DNA of 56,982 bases, counting the filler, from Sphacelaria rigidula (taxonomy: Eukaryota): NCBI GenBank assembly GCA_964200075.2. It is 5 parts of 5 records of this genome, joined end to end, with 100 filler letters (N's around TTAATTAATTAA, not from the genome) between each part and the next. Parts side by side here need not be neighbours in the genome. Positions count along the whole stretch, not along the records: positions 34,251 to 45,566 come from CAXNAA020005073.1; positions 45,667 to 56,982 come from CAXNAA020005074.1; 3 more parts are not named here. The stretch is one strand, 5' to 3'. Under the pieces are notes generated by a model that was not told the DNA's origin, searched no databases, and was given only the letters and a program-made list of their open reading frames with translations. A program made the translations under genes and the position numbers. This document shows positions 38,511-50,927 of the stretch, piece after piece; positions within the stretch are counted from its first letter, which is position 1, and each line of letters starts with the position of its first letter.

Positions 38511-39789
38511 CATATACCTCGCACACCATATTGTATCACGGTCTGTATCGCCTTGTTTAATTACATGTTCCACACACGAGACAATCCCTCCGACCACCGT
38601 CTTCGTCCTCGCGTACACTTCGAGCTTTCACTAAGCACGGGCACAAAAAAAACTCTCAATTTCAGTACACGCCGGAGTAACCGTCCCACATTGGCGAATA
38701 TCGTACGAAAAGCGCCACAGTGGGAAGGAGTGCTGTGGTGCTGTTCAAGAAGTTTTCGCATCAGGACACTTGCCCTCCTTCCAGCCGCTGCAACGGTCGC
38801 TCTCCTGCACTCCACTCAGAGCACTGTGCATTGAACAGCGAGCAATTGGCGCAAAACAAATGTCGGGCATTGTGTGTCATGGAGGAAGCGTTCGTGACAG
38901 ATGTTGAGGCATCACAGTCACTGACGGTTGGCTGAGTAGCTCAGTGACTATTTTGAAAATCCCAACAAAAGTGTTTGTCCCGCGGTCCATCCAAGCTGTT
39001 TTGTTGAGATATCACAATAATAATCACTGAGCTACTCTCATCAGCGCTGAGTGGAAGCTCGTTGGCGGCTATTGTGATATCTCAACAAACGAGTGGAGCC
39101 TTTTCGGGTCGTACGACTTCGTGCGCTGCGGAGGTACACATCCTTCAACTGCCTCGTGCCTGGGTTGAATATATCCGCATTGTTGTATAGCGAAACGTAT
39201 GCCGCTTTTCCCTGTCACCATATCACAGACTTGGAAATCATGCAATCAATCCATCATGGCAGTAGCACTCATCATGTGAACTAGACAGAGAGCACTAGCG
39301 ATACTGACGCGTAACTTTGATTCAGTCAGGGACGAACGTGCGCGAGTAATGCTACCTCGTACGCTGCGGAGGCGCACAACCCTCAACTGCCTCTTGTGTT
39401 GAGTTCATCCGCAGCGTTATATGGCCGAGTGCGTCGCGTCGCGTCGCGTCTCGCCGGAGCCACATCGCACGCTTGACATGCGTTCAATACCAGTCATTAT
39501 GGCAGCAGCGCTCATCGTGCCGGAGATGAACGACACTCCCACACTGACGGTGCACTCTGACGTCACTTTTGCCCGGGTTACACGCGTTCTCATTGGCATG
39601 CACGTGTTTATTTGGACAAAAGAAGGCAACACTTGAGGCGAGGGAATCGCCTCAAGTACACTCAGGTGCGTGGTTGTTACGGTAACAAATACTCAAGGCG
39701 TGTTCGCGTCGTAGGATCGTTTTCGACCATAGAATACGTGCCGTTCGCTGTTTAGACCCCTCCCCCCGCCACCCCCTTCCATATTTCAG

Positions 39790-40618
39790 TTTTGAGAACA
39801 GAGTTGGGAATGTACTCACTTGAAACGAACAGAGACGTGAGAAAATTGCGATGATAGTATAGCGTAGAGAACATGCAGAGAAGGAGACTGACAGCTGTAG
39901 TTGAGAAGGCTGTATGGAAGAAAGGTACGAAAGGGAAGGCTGGAGTAAGGTGGGATAGAGAAATCGAGAAAGTATGGAAGGAGATAAGAGAAAATCAAGA
40001 CGAAATACCGTTCATAGATGAAGGCGTGGGGTATAAGACAAACGCAAGAAATATGATGGAAATGAGGGGAAAAGGAGCGCTCAGACGCAAAGTGTACGAG
40101 GAAAAACACCTAGAGATATATGGGGGGTAGAGAGAGAAGATAGAGATGAAAGCATAATTGCATGGCCCAATGGACGCTGCGAAATATATGAAATTGTGGT
40201 TTCGGGTGGGGGACCTAGACCTGCCAGAAAGAAGATATACCAGTGGTCGGAGGGAAGAGGAAGTAAATGGACAGAATTGCCCCTGAGGCAAAGCAAAGAG
40301 AGCAAAATTCATATAGTTGCAGAATGTGAACTGCACAAGGAGGAACGGGACGTGCTAAGGGGGGAAATGCGGGACTTGAACGAAGGTGGCATGAAATCGT
40401 TTGCTGCATTAGACGGTAGGGAGAAAAAGTGACTTTATTAGGAGAAAGACGGTGGCCACAGATGGCGAAACAGGACGGGGATGAGATATGTAAAATGTTT
40501 TGTGTAATGTTTGGAAGAAACGTAATGACCGCCTGAATGTTGAACGTGTCTCTAATCGGCGTAGGAACGGTGCTCCGTCTCAAAGGGATGCGTGGTCAAT
40601 GGTCAAACGACTGGGGCG
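39790..40618 (+). mobile_element. 5'-truncated, decayed non-LTR retrotransposon (LINE) ORF2 C-terminus and 3' end
   Basis: LRTELGMYSLETNRD..KGKAGVRWD..HLEIYGG..LHGPMDAAK..FRVGDLDLPER..CP(*)GKAKESKIHIVAECELHKEERDVL (degenerate CCHC knuckle), with several stops and frameshifts. Confidence 0.85.
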
Positions 40619-40623
40619 GCTAA

Positions 40624-40731
40624 CCCTTAGACCGTGAGGAGGGTACGTCGTAGTCCATCTGGATCATGCATGGGTTTTTCAAGTGAAATTGATGACGATT
40701 CAATAAATGACCATCTCTCACCGTCTAAGGG
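40624..40731. mobile_element. piggyBac-like MITE; related sequence at 43671-44000
   Basis: TIR cccttagac(c/g)gtgag with TTAA-like flanks (ctaa / ttga). The internal gtccatctgg(a/g)tca motif is shared with 43690 and with 43970 in reverse. Confidence 0.6.
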
Positions 40732-41938
40732 TTGACCTTACACAGTGTTGAGCACAGATTTTCGCCCAAAGCTAGCGGTTCCCTCGTGCAAGAGCGTGTC
40801 TTAGCACTTTTACTTTCGATCGAAAAAATGAGGCGGTGGAATCAATTCAAGCGAAATTCGCTCGTTTTTCTCGAGTTGGGTCAAAGCAAAATATCAAGCT
40901 TTCGATAAAAAAAAGAGTGAAATTAGGGGAACGATACATGGTCACTCGTGTACAGTACTCGCGGTCTATACTGTCTGCACTGCTTGCAAGCAGTGTCTTG
41001 AGTACGTGTGCGTGTTTCGTACAGGAGGATATAAAAGGGCAGCGGGCAACGTGCAGTGCAGACAGCCCAGGACCACCAGTTTCTCTGCTAATAATGCGAA
41101 GTGAACATGACTTTAGTAACGTGCAGCTGTGTACTGCCTGCGCTGTCCATGAGCGTGCACGCAACTCGGTTGCCCCCACCGTACCACGCAGTTCCGTCGC
41201 TGACCTCCACCATGAAAAAAGATGCGAAGTTCTCGCCAACAAAAAATCAACAAAGCATACCCAACTACTACAGTGTATCTATCCCTGTGCTCAACTAGTC
41301 CTCCACCTGCAGGGTTGCGGTGGTAGCTGAGAATGAGTTGGATCAAGTTTGCATGGTACTGTGAACAGGTGCTATCTGGCGTGGTGGTCTGTAAGACAGG
41401 AGTCAAGTGCCGCTTCGTGCCTTTCGACCGCATGTTCACGATCGATTTTTTTTTGTGTCAAATAAATTTTCTCCGCGCGCCACGAATTTTAGTTTGGAGT
41501 TGAAGCCTTCTAGGAACATTATTCCAGGCAGACCCATCAAATCGGAAAAAAAAAAAACATGACCACACTTTTTCGATCAAAAACAAAAGGTTCTAAGACA
41601 CGCCCTAAGGATCAACAGCCAACAGTCAACAGTCGCCCTTGGTGCGGGAATTTTCCGTTGTTTTCCACACCGGGGACAATGGAGTATATCGTCGAAAAAT
41701 GTACTGCGTATAGTATGGAATCTCTTGTCTATTGCAATAGACGCAATCGTCGATACTGTAAGCAGAATACTTTCTGACTGTGTAATTCATTGTCCAGGGT
41801 GTATCGTTTTCTCCTCTCATTTCACGTTTTATTAGTGCCGAATTCATTGGTTTCAGTGCCGTATTGGTAACTACCTGACCCCCGTACTTCGATGTCGTGG
41901 AGTGCTCGGTCTCGACTGTGTGGTGCTGAGAAATTTTC

Positions 41939-43662
41939 CATGGTTGTGTTCTGTAAGGTACGGGTACGTTCTGTAGGGTATGAAATTCCTTACAGAACTT
42001 ACAAAACTGTCGGGTACCGGTATGAAAATCTTACAGAGTTTACAGAACTGTCGCGTACCGGTATGAAACTCTTGAACAGAAAATACAGAACTTTTCGGGT
42101 TCGGTACGGAGAGGCTTACAGAAAACCGGTACCGGCAATCGGGTAACTCTTTTAGGTCATACCCGCCCCTCGGGTTAGGGTAAAGGTTTTGTACAGAACT
42201 CACAGAACTGTCGGGTAAGGGTGTGGGAGGCTTATAGAACTCACAGAAACTGTCGGGTAAGAGTATGGAGATTGCACAGAAAACCGTACCCGCAACCGGT
42301 TATTTTATCAAGAGCATACCCGTGCCCCCCGGTAACGGTACGGGAGGCTTACAGAACTATCGGGTACGGGTATGAAGGTTTACATAGATTACATAACTGT
42401 CGGGTACCGGTATGGGAATCTTACAGAGTTGACATAACTGTCGGGTACGGTCAATACCCGGCAAAATACCCCGGGTATACAAAAAACCGTACCCTACAGA
42501 ACACGACCTTGGTATTATCATCACCCGTGTGGTGGGGCCTATGTCACTACAACAGTGGCGAAATACAGATGACAGCTCACGAAATCTCTGAACGACTTTC
42601 ACGAGGTTACGAATGAAAGACTACACGAACAATCGCAGTAGTACATGGATTGTCAACATCTATCGGGCTCACGTACACTCCCCAAGAGTACATGACGGAG
42701 CATTCACGGCTGCCCATTCTCTGGAAGCCCTTCGGCACGCGACAGAATCGCCGACGGCCTTGACGACTTTCGGTGGCAGCTCATATACTCTGTGCTGTAC
42801 ATGAGGAGTGCTGTACATGAGGATGACGGCCTTGGGTTTGATGACCACGGTAGAACCACCATCAACGCCGATGACGTACGACTTGCTACTTGATCCTCTG
42901 GTGGCCCAGATGAACCACCCCCGCTCGAGCCACCACTCGCGAGTCTGGGGGTGATTGATCCTGACGGTCTGCAGGGCTGATCATGTTTCGTATTCCCACT
43001 CAGCGGTAACTCGTATCCCGTCAAATCCCAAACTGAAGAACTTTTCAACATTGATATTGTTGGTGTGCAGTTTAGAATTATCCGTACCTCCACAAAGTAT
43101 ATACCTGTGCTCATACCTGCAATCGGGTGTACCTATAGCGGTATACTCGAACCCCGAGTAGGGGTATAGGAGGCTTACAGAGCTTACAGAACTATCGGGT
43201 ACCGGTACTGGATGAAAGTCTTACAGAATTTACATAACTTGTCGGGTACGGTATAGGAGGCTTACAGAAAACCGGTACCGGCAGTCGGGTATTTCTTCGA
43301 GAGCATACCCACGCTCCGGGTACGGGTAAAACATTATGTACAGAACTCACAGAACTGTCGGTAAAGGTACGGGAGGCTTACAGAACTCACAGAAACTGTC
43401 GGGTAGGGTATGGCGGTTGCACAGAAAACCGTACCCGCAATCAGGTATCTCATCAAGAGCGTACCCGTGCCCCCCGGTAACGGTTCGGGAGTCTCACTGA
43501 GATTAGAACTATCGGGTGAGGGTATAAAAGTCTTACAAAGATTACAGAACTGTCGAGTACCGGTATGAAGGTCTCACAGAAGCCACAGAACTGTCGGGTA
43601 CGGTAAATACCCGGCGAAATACCCGGTGTGCAGAAAACCGCGCCCTACAGAACACAACCTTG
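41939..43662. mobile_element. Composite non-autonomous hAT element (1724 bp) with internal extra TIR and captured segment
   Basis: TIR ca(t/a)ggttgtgttctgta(a/g)gg (18/20). Perfect 8-bp TSD aaattttc at 41931-41938 and 43663-43670. Arrays of ttacagaact(g/a)tcgggta at 41960-42500 and 43160-43650. A second right-TIR ends at 42511. Confidence 0.88.
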
Positions 43663-44010
43663 AAATTTTCAACCCCTTGGCTGCGAGGGCAGTCCATCTG
43701 GGTCAAGCGTAGTGACTTATAGTGAAATCAAAGCAGATTCAAGATATAGCCTACTACTACATGCTCACCATCAAGAGGCTAACCCGTTGACGGCGAGAGT
43801 TAGGTCATCTGCTAAATCGGCATCAATTTTAAGTGAAGAAAATTAAGTGAAATTGAGGCCGCTTTAATAGATGACCCACTACTATGTGCTCGCCGTCAAA
43901 GAGTTGACCCGTTGACGGCGAGGGCATGCCATCTGTTAAATCGGCGTCGATCTCAATTGAAAAAATATACATGATCCAGATGGACTCAAAGGGTCAACCC
44001 TTTGATGAGT

Positions 44011-44176
44011 GTCATACTTGCCGCCGGTTGTAGTGTACCCAGCACGCTGCTTCACAGCGTCTAGCAATTCGTCGGGGGTCATAGCCCGACGTTTCTTGTA
44101 CATATCTCTGAAGCACCGGTGAATATAGGTCGGGATGAGTTGTCCGATGCTCACTCTCTCATACCGTAACACTTCT
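44011..44176 (-). mobile_element. Inverted duplicate of retroelement coding fragment at 44554-44718
   Basis: VLRYERVSIGQLIPTYIHRCFRDMYK..TPDELLDAVKQRAGYTTTGGKYD versus VLRHERVSIGQLIPTYIHRCFEDMYK..TPDELLDVVKQHTGYTTTGGKHD. Confidence 0.85.
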
Positions 44177-44519
44177 CTCTGTGTGTGTTGTCGTCCCATC
44201 TATTCTGGACGCCGGTCTACACCTTTCGGTATGTGTGGGCGCACCAGCCGGGATCACATAGGAGGAAGGTCAACATAAAAGCTTTTTATTTTTTATATGT
44301 TTTTAGTACCCGACGTTTCTTCTGCGGTGCTTGTCTTTCTTTTTTATCGCGAGAGGAGTTAAGCAATTCCGTTCCCTCGTCGACCGTCGAGTTGCACGTT
44401 GTGTACCCACGACATCGTCGCTCCCCACTGTTGGGCATGGTGTGAGAAAAAATCCCAGTCCGCTCCGAGATTTGAACCCACAACCCAACCCTCAATTCGA
44501 GGTTACCACCGGGGCGACC
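44177..44519 (-). mobile_element. Second copy of the tRNA-derived SINE (A box partly deleted)
   Basis: Colinear with 36419-36766; B box ggttcaaatct. Confidence 0.85.
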
Positions 44520-44553
44520 AGTGGCATGAGCCTCTCTCGATAGTCGATGCCAC

Positions 44554-45301
44554 AGGAGTCTTACGGCATGAGAGAGTGAGCATCGGACAACTCATCCCGA
44601 CCTATATTCACCGGTGCTTCGAAGATATGTACAAGGACCGCCAGGCTGTGACCCCCGACGAATTGCTGGACGTTGTGAAGCAGCATACCGGGTACACTAC
44701 AACCGGCGGCAAGCACGATGCTCGAGGCGTGATTGACGAGCAAGTGCGGTTTTGTAACGAAGTGCAAGCTGCTGTCGCGGTGTCTCGCGAAACCGTACGC
44801 AAGCGTGCTCAGGGCCAGGTTGTGTTGCCCAAGTTTGCAGTTGGCGATATCGTTTTGTGTGCCCGTGTTCGCAGGCAAGATGTGACGCCAAAGTTGATGT
44901 CCACGTGGACAGGTCCGTGGCGAGTGACAGCCGATCACGCTCACGTGTATTCGGTGCAGAAAATTGTTTCTGGCGCCGTGCACTCGGCCCATGTCGCTCG
45001 TTTACGTTTCTATGCTGACTCGCACTTGCACATCACTGCGGAACTGAATGATGTATTTCAGCATTTGTATGCTCAAGGTGACTATCGGATGAATGCTTCG
45101 GTGCACGTCGCTGAGGATGACAATGGTGATGTCATTGTTTTGGTCGATTGGGAAGGGTTCGGTGCTGAAGAACGTACGTGGGAGTCTCTTCGCGAGATTC
45201 ATTCTTCTGCGCCTGAAATGTTTCTGAAGGAACTGCGTAATATGCGGTTGACTCGGGCGCTGACCAGTGAATTATCGTCGGAGTATGGTATTTCTTTGTG
45301 A
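44554..45301 (+). mobile_element. Ty3/Gypsy remnant: putative gag piece joined to integrase C-terminus with chromodomain
   Basis: FAVGDIVL...PKLMSTWTGPWRV...HVARLRFY (GPY/F and SH3-like region) and VLVDWEGFGAEERTWESLREI (chromodomain). RT, RNase H and the integrase core are absent. Confidence 0.85.
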
Positions 45302-45566
45302 TCTGGCGAATGCGATTTCGCCTTGGTTTTTGTTGGTTGTCAAGGTCGTTCGCTTGTCTTGAACTCGCTTTGAGGGTGCTATAGCCAAATAGTACCAAGC
45401 CATAGGTTTCAGTGTAATCGCATGCATGATCGGAGCAGTGGCAGGCGACAGGGGATCCTGGATTGATGGCCCTTATCTGTGTGGCCCCTTGCTGCTGGCT
45501 TGCGGTGTGGTCTGTTGAGGATCACTCCGCAATAATGACAAGTGAGAAGAAAGGACTTGTCGAGCA

Positions 45567-45666
45567 NNNNNNNNNNNNNNNNNNNNNNNNNNNNNNNNNN
45601 NNNNNNNNNNTTAATTAATTAANNNNNNNNNNNNNNNNNNNNNNNNNNNNNNNNNNNNNNNNNNNN
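45567..45666. other. Artificial contig spacer
   Basis: Same 44N-TTAATTAATTAA-44N structure. Confidence 0.97.
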
Positions 45667-46299
45667 TTTCGAGCAACAAATGGCCCAAAATACCCGCCCC
45701 CCTATCGTAGGATGACTCTCGTCTTGTAGGAAAAAATGACTGAGCAAGGGCAGTGTAAGGACCACGCCATGGGCTGACGAGAAGAATGCGATTTCGAGAT
45801 TTTATAACGTCTTCATTATATGAGAAGGGCTACTCTTCCAAAACTCCCTTGGGAGAATATGCTGTTGCAAAATGATCATTATTTCACAAGATAATTGTTG
45901 AAGAAAAGTGCATTTTTGGCCTTTCTCCGTCGTGTTTTATCCCGAGAAGTGTTGGCACATTGGAATGACTTCCTCTACCCAATGTGACCGTTCCCGATCA
46001 CCTTTACGTTTTCCGTAAGGTGACAGTTTTGTTTTTGGCCAAACTTGTATTTTCAAACAAAAGGTCAACTCACCAAAAAGCAGCGGGGAAAATAGACTAT
46101 TTTTATAATAACGTGACCGTTTTTTATCGGAAAGGTGGGCCAAAAATGACCTATTACCCCCGAAAAAAGCAAAGGTGCTCTGGAAGGGTCTCAACGAGTA
46201 GAGCAAGACGTACCAAGGTGTCAACACCTATTTTCGGGCGAAAAACGACGCGGAGGGCCAAAAAGGCACTTTTCAACCAGAATTTCACACGTCGGATGA

Positions 46300-46820
46300 G
46301 TCATTACTCGTCGAAACGAGTGGACTCGCGGGTGCTTTTTGAAAACACAACGAGCATGACTTGTGTGCTCGAGTCATTGATTTTTTTTAACCAGCAATGA
46401 CTCGTGTACTCGAGTCATTAACTTTGTTCACAGCGAGCAATGACTCGAGTGCTCGCCTTATTAATTTTGTAAATGTACTACTCGAGAGAGGCTCTCCGCC
46501 GCTTTAGTAGAACTCAGATCTGTGTGTGTGCGCGGGGGGGGGGAGGCTGCTTGGATAAAATGAAAAGGAGCTTTGGAGCTTGACACCTGTACATGTGCAG
46601 ATATGCATATGAACTTGAAGATCCTAGATTCAAGATCGCTGGAGCTCATGATGTTTATTTGCTCTTCGGATTGCTGACTCCTCCGCTCAGGTCGTTCATT
46701 ACGAGAAATGGCTTGTGTGCTCGAGCCATTTACTCCTCCGCCAGGAGCAATGACTCGAGTGCTCGCCCTATTGGTTTGTTTTTCACAACGAGCAATGACT
46801 CGAGTGCTCGCCCTATTAGT
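46300..46820. repeat. Array of palindromic aatgactcg(a/t)gt(g/a)ctcg motifs inside duplicated subterminal-like sequence
   Basis: At least six copies (46351, 46393, 46433, 46702, 46745, 46789). The flanking tcaacgagtagagcaag...ccaagg(t/g)gtcaaca is repeated at 46190 and 47259. Confidence 0.7.
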
Positions 46821-49340
46821 TTTTACGGTAAATGAGCATGCAGCCGAACGAGTGCAAATGCCACGAGTGACACTCGTTCTCTTCCGATGTGTGAATTCTT
46901 TTTTGACACATGAGAAGGGGTCTTCAATCGCGTTTTGTGGCAATCAAACAAAAATGTCACGTAAAGATGCTGTTTTGGCCCTTATTCGTCGTTTTGCTTC
47001 CCATAAGAACAGGGCGGATTTTGATACCTTGAAATGACTTGATCTGCTCGTTGAGATGGTCCCAGGATATCTTTGCCTTTTCCGGTAGCCACAGTTCTTA
47101 TTTTCGTCAAACAAGAATTTGTATCCACAGCCGGTCAACTCCAGAGGAATATGGCAGTTTTTTCCAGGATTGGACCCTTTTCGACCGTCGGACAAAGATG
47201 CCACTTTGGCTACAAAAATTGCGGCCACCGGAAAACGCGAAGATGTCGTGGAACCGACTCAACGAGTAGAGCAAGTCATTCCAAGGGGTCAACATTCGCG
47301 TAGCCCTCTCTGGCGTAAAACTACGGTCGAGGGCCAAAAAGAAATTTAACAAGGTGTAGTTTTCCCTTGAATGCAGACGCGCTGTTGCCCTCCCACGCAG
47401 ACACAAACTCATATCAAGGCACCTGGATCAATCCTTGCCCGTTACTACATTCAGGTCCACACGGATGCACTTTTTGTACTGTCGGGCGTACCCAAACGAC
47501 TCAAGTCGTTTGTTGGGAAATGCAATATTTTTTTCATGTGTATGCCTTGAGAACAAACTGCGTTTGTCGACGCGCTCTTGTCTATCCACAGGTGAGTGCC
47601 CCACTCCTGACCTTCTCGCTCGTAGAGATGGAAGCGTCAAAGCTACACTTGGGAATTGAACATCCGGGAGTGCGTGCAGAGGAGATCGGCGAGCCCTGGG
47701 CATCCATGAACAACGGGGGATACGCACCCGCAACCTAGCGGGCGTCTCAGACAGATAGAGTGAAAGTATCACAAAAATGACTACTACTCCTGGGCAAAGG
47801 ACGCACATTTTGACCACAGCACGCAGCAGTACAGACGTTGGCGTTGTCTCTTGACCTTTTTGGTGCGCACAAGTGTTCGGCAGGATGTCTGTATACCCTA
47901 ACCCTCCACGTCCTCTGCGCCATTTTACTGCCTCGATGATATTTAGGATGTGAAGCTAGATGCTGAGGTTCTTCATGGGAGGAAATCGCTCAGCGTCAGG
48001 ACTGAGATAACTCACGGCGGCAGATCTCTCCCTGAAGCACGAACAGGATACAGTCCATCTGCCCTTACCTGGCGAAGCAACCCGGTACGAGTTCAAATAT
48101 ATGCACTGTGGTGATTGGTTTCCAACGAAACCAAGGAGATTCTTGGAACAAAATATCTATGTATGTGGTGATTTTCAGTAGGTTTCAGCTCACCACCGCT
48201 CACCCTGCAGCACGTTTGATCCCCAGAATTGGAGATGATGCGACACCAGGCATCAGCTTCACGTTTTGAACTAAAATCATCTCTATACTCGATATGGAAC
48301 GATCTACGAGCCGAATCGACAGGGATTTTTTTTACCGTTTTGGGTCCTAAACTGATATCTCCTTGGCTGTAGCGCAACGGATATGTTGAGATGAAAGATA
48401 AGGGTCTGCAAATATGTTTACGAGAGCTGTCACGATTATGCTCTGCTCTGCACGGTCCGGCAGTTTTCGTACTTGCGTAAGTTTCTGAATTTCGCGGTAT
48501 ATTATTTCAGCTCTGGAAATTTATAGCGTCCATCTAGATTTTGGAAACAGAAGCAGGTCACCCTCATGGGACAATCCTCAAGTTGTTGTCGTCGAGGTGG
48601 GGCGGAGTAAACACACCCTCCATCGGGGGATGTCGACCGTCACTGGTCCAAAACCCACAGCTTTCCGACTTCGGGGCAAAGAACAGGTGATGATAAATAG
48701 AACAAAACTCCACTTCACATGTTCAGAGGAACGGTCGGGGTTTCCTCCATGGATTGCTTCCATCGAGCAAAAATACCGACGGGTTGGAAGCTTCGACTCC
48801 GTAGCCAAAGTGTGCCCGAATATATCACTTCAGCCCGTCAATTTTTCAATATTGTGGATGGATGCATACTATCTTCCGATCCCCAAACTTGAGGATCAAA
48901 TATTCTCTGGGATGCGCGGTGGCGTGCGTGAAAACTTTGAACAAACGCCGCCTGCGAAAATACCGCAAACGTTCTGCACGGTATACACTGTGGCGAAGAC
49001 TGCTGATGAACATCGGGTGTTTCTGCACATTCATCACCCGGCGCCATCACTTTTTTATCACGTATTGGTGGTGGTGTATGCATGGCGCGAAAACGATAAT
49101 ATTGTTCTCCCTTTTCCCAAAAATAACAATCCAACCCCAACCAAGCCCAACCCCAACCCAAAACTCAAACATTCCTGAAATTTGTTGTTCCGACGCGCAA
49201 TCATAAATGATATATGATACAATATTTTGAAATGGGGGTTGGAGTTGGGTTGGGGTGGGATTGTTTGGATTATTAATTTTCTGAACAAGGTAACATGATA
49301 AAGATAATCTTGGTTGCAAATCGTGTTTGAAGCGACGCAT

Positions 49341-49470
49341 ATACCATACACTTGTCTACACCACACGAGAGTTGAAGTATCCACATGCTATGCTGTTTTT
49401 CTTATACCATACACTTGTCAACACCACACGAGAGTTCAAGTAACCACGTGTCATGCCGTTTTTTCTGACG
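49341..49470. repeat. 63-bp tandem dimer
   Basis: ataccatacacttgtc(t/a)acaccacacgagagtt(g/c)aagta occurs twice. Confidence 0.8.
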
Positions 49471-50927
49471 TTAGGTGTGTCGATGAGCTGTAGGCCACAC
49501 GGAGGAAAGCCCCCGATTACTCCACTGTACGGCTGGCTTCTGGGACAGGCCCGGCCACGAGAGCAAGGTGGCCGCGCATGGTGCCACCGACGAGGTCGCA
49601 CCATCGTCTAACGAGTCGGACGAAGGCGGCGAATTCGCCGGAGACCGTGACCACGCAAGGTCGTCTCCCGCCGATGACGACGTTTATTGCGTACTCGAAC
49701 CCGATGCCGGTGACGAAGACAACTGAGTCATCCTACGATAGGGGGGGGGGGTGTTTTGGGCCATTTGTTGCTCGAAATTTCGAGTCAGTTTGTCGTCGAA
49801 AGCAGCAACGATCGTTCGAACAAGCTTGTTGTGGATCAATGACGCTTATCCATACTGCCTGACACCGTTTGGAACTAAATAAAAGCACAACGCAAGTGTG
49901 GAAGGATGTCTGACACCCTCCCGGGTTCGGTAGTCGCGGTGCCAGCGCCTCCAATCTACGACCTCATCAGCCAGGACAAACTAGTGTAGCAACGTTGCGA
50001 CGCCACGCTATGTTTCCAAAATGGCGAGGACAAACTTCTGCGAGTGTTGATTTTGTTTCATGGTCGAAATCTAGGGGCCTGCGATTGAGGGAGGGGCAGC
50101 ACGTTTTGCGCCGAGTATGCTGCTTTCGTATCATGTCGTGAATTCGAGTGATCATGTGCCTCTTGCGTCGGAGCTTCATGGAATTGTTGGCGGTGCTATG
50201 GTTCACACAAACATTCTCAAGCTGTAATCGTACAATTTTGTAGGTGGAGAGTTCTCGTAGCCCTGTGTGGCGCCATCACTATCTTGTGTTTGAGCTGGGC
50301 GGTTTTGTACGTGTAAGCAGACAAACGTTACGAGAGTGATGAGAAAAGAGTAATGCCGCGGCAATTTGTTTTTTTGGGGGGGAGGGAGTTATGGTCAAAC
50401 AGACAAATCACGACGATGAATATTATTTTTCTCACGTAGTTGATATATATATATATTTATATATGAATTCGGAGATGACTACATATGAATACATGAACGA
50501 ACATAGCTACAGCCCAACCGTATTGCATGGGGCGGCACATCTCAGCAGCGGTTACCATATCCGGGTCTGACGTTGCTCATGGCCCGTCAAACAGGGGCTG
50601 TGCATGCTCTAGCGTTGTAAATGGCATCCGTGGTTGTTACGAAGGACGGGACTCGACCGTGCACGTGAGCCGAGTTTGGGATATCGACAACTGGGTCGAT
50701 CCTTTATCAGGATTTGTCCTGTGGATTTTTCACACGGCACAACGTTCGACGTTGTCCACGGTGCGCATTTTCGGACACCTTGGTAGATGACATCGTCTAT
50801 CGGGGTCTTGTGAAAAACGCAACCTAGGCAGGGTGTTATTCCTCATAACCTTGCACGGGGTGAATGAAATTTGTCCCCCCTGGAAAAGGTCTGATCCTGT
50901 GCAGGGGCCATCGTTGCACGTAGTTCA

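Noticed and set aside
41960..43650. CRISPR-like or iteron-like repeats; ORFs 41871-42616
   Set aside because: These are subterminal repeats of a TIR/TSD-bounded hAT element, and the ORFs are repeat translations.
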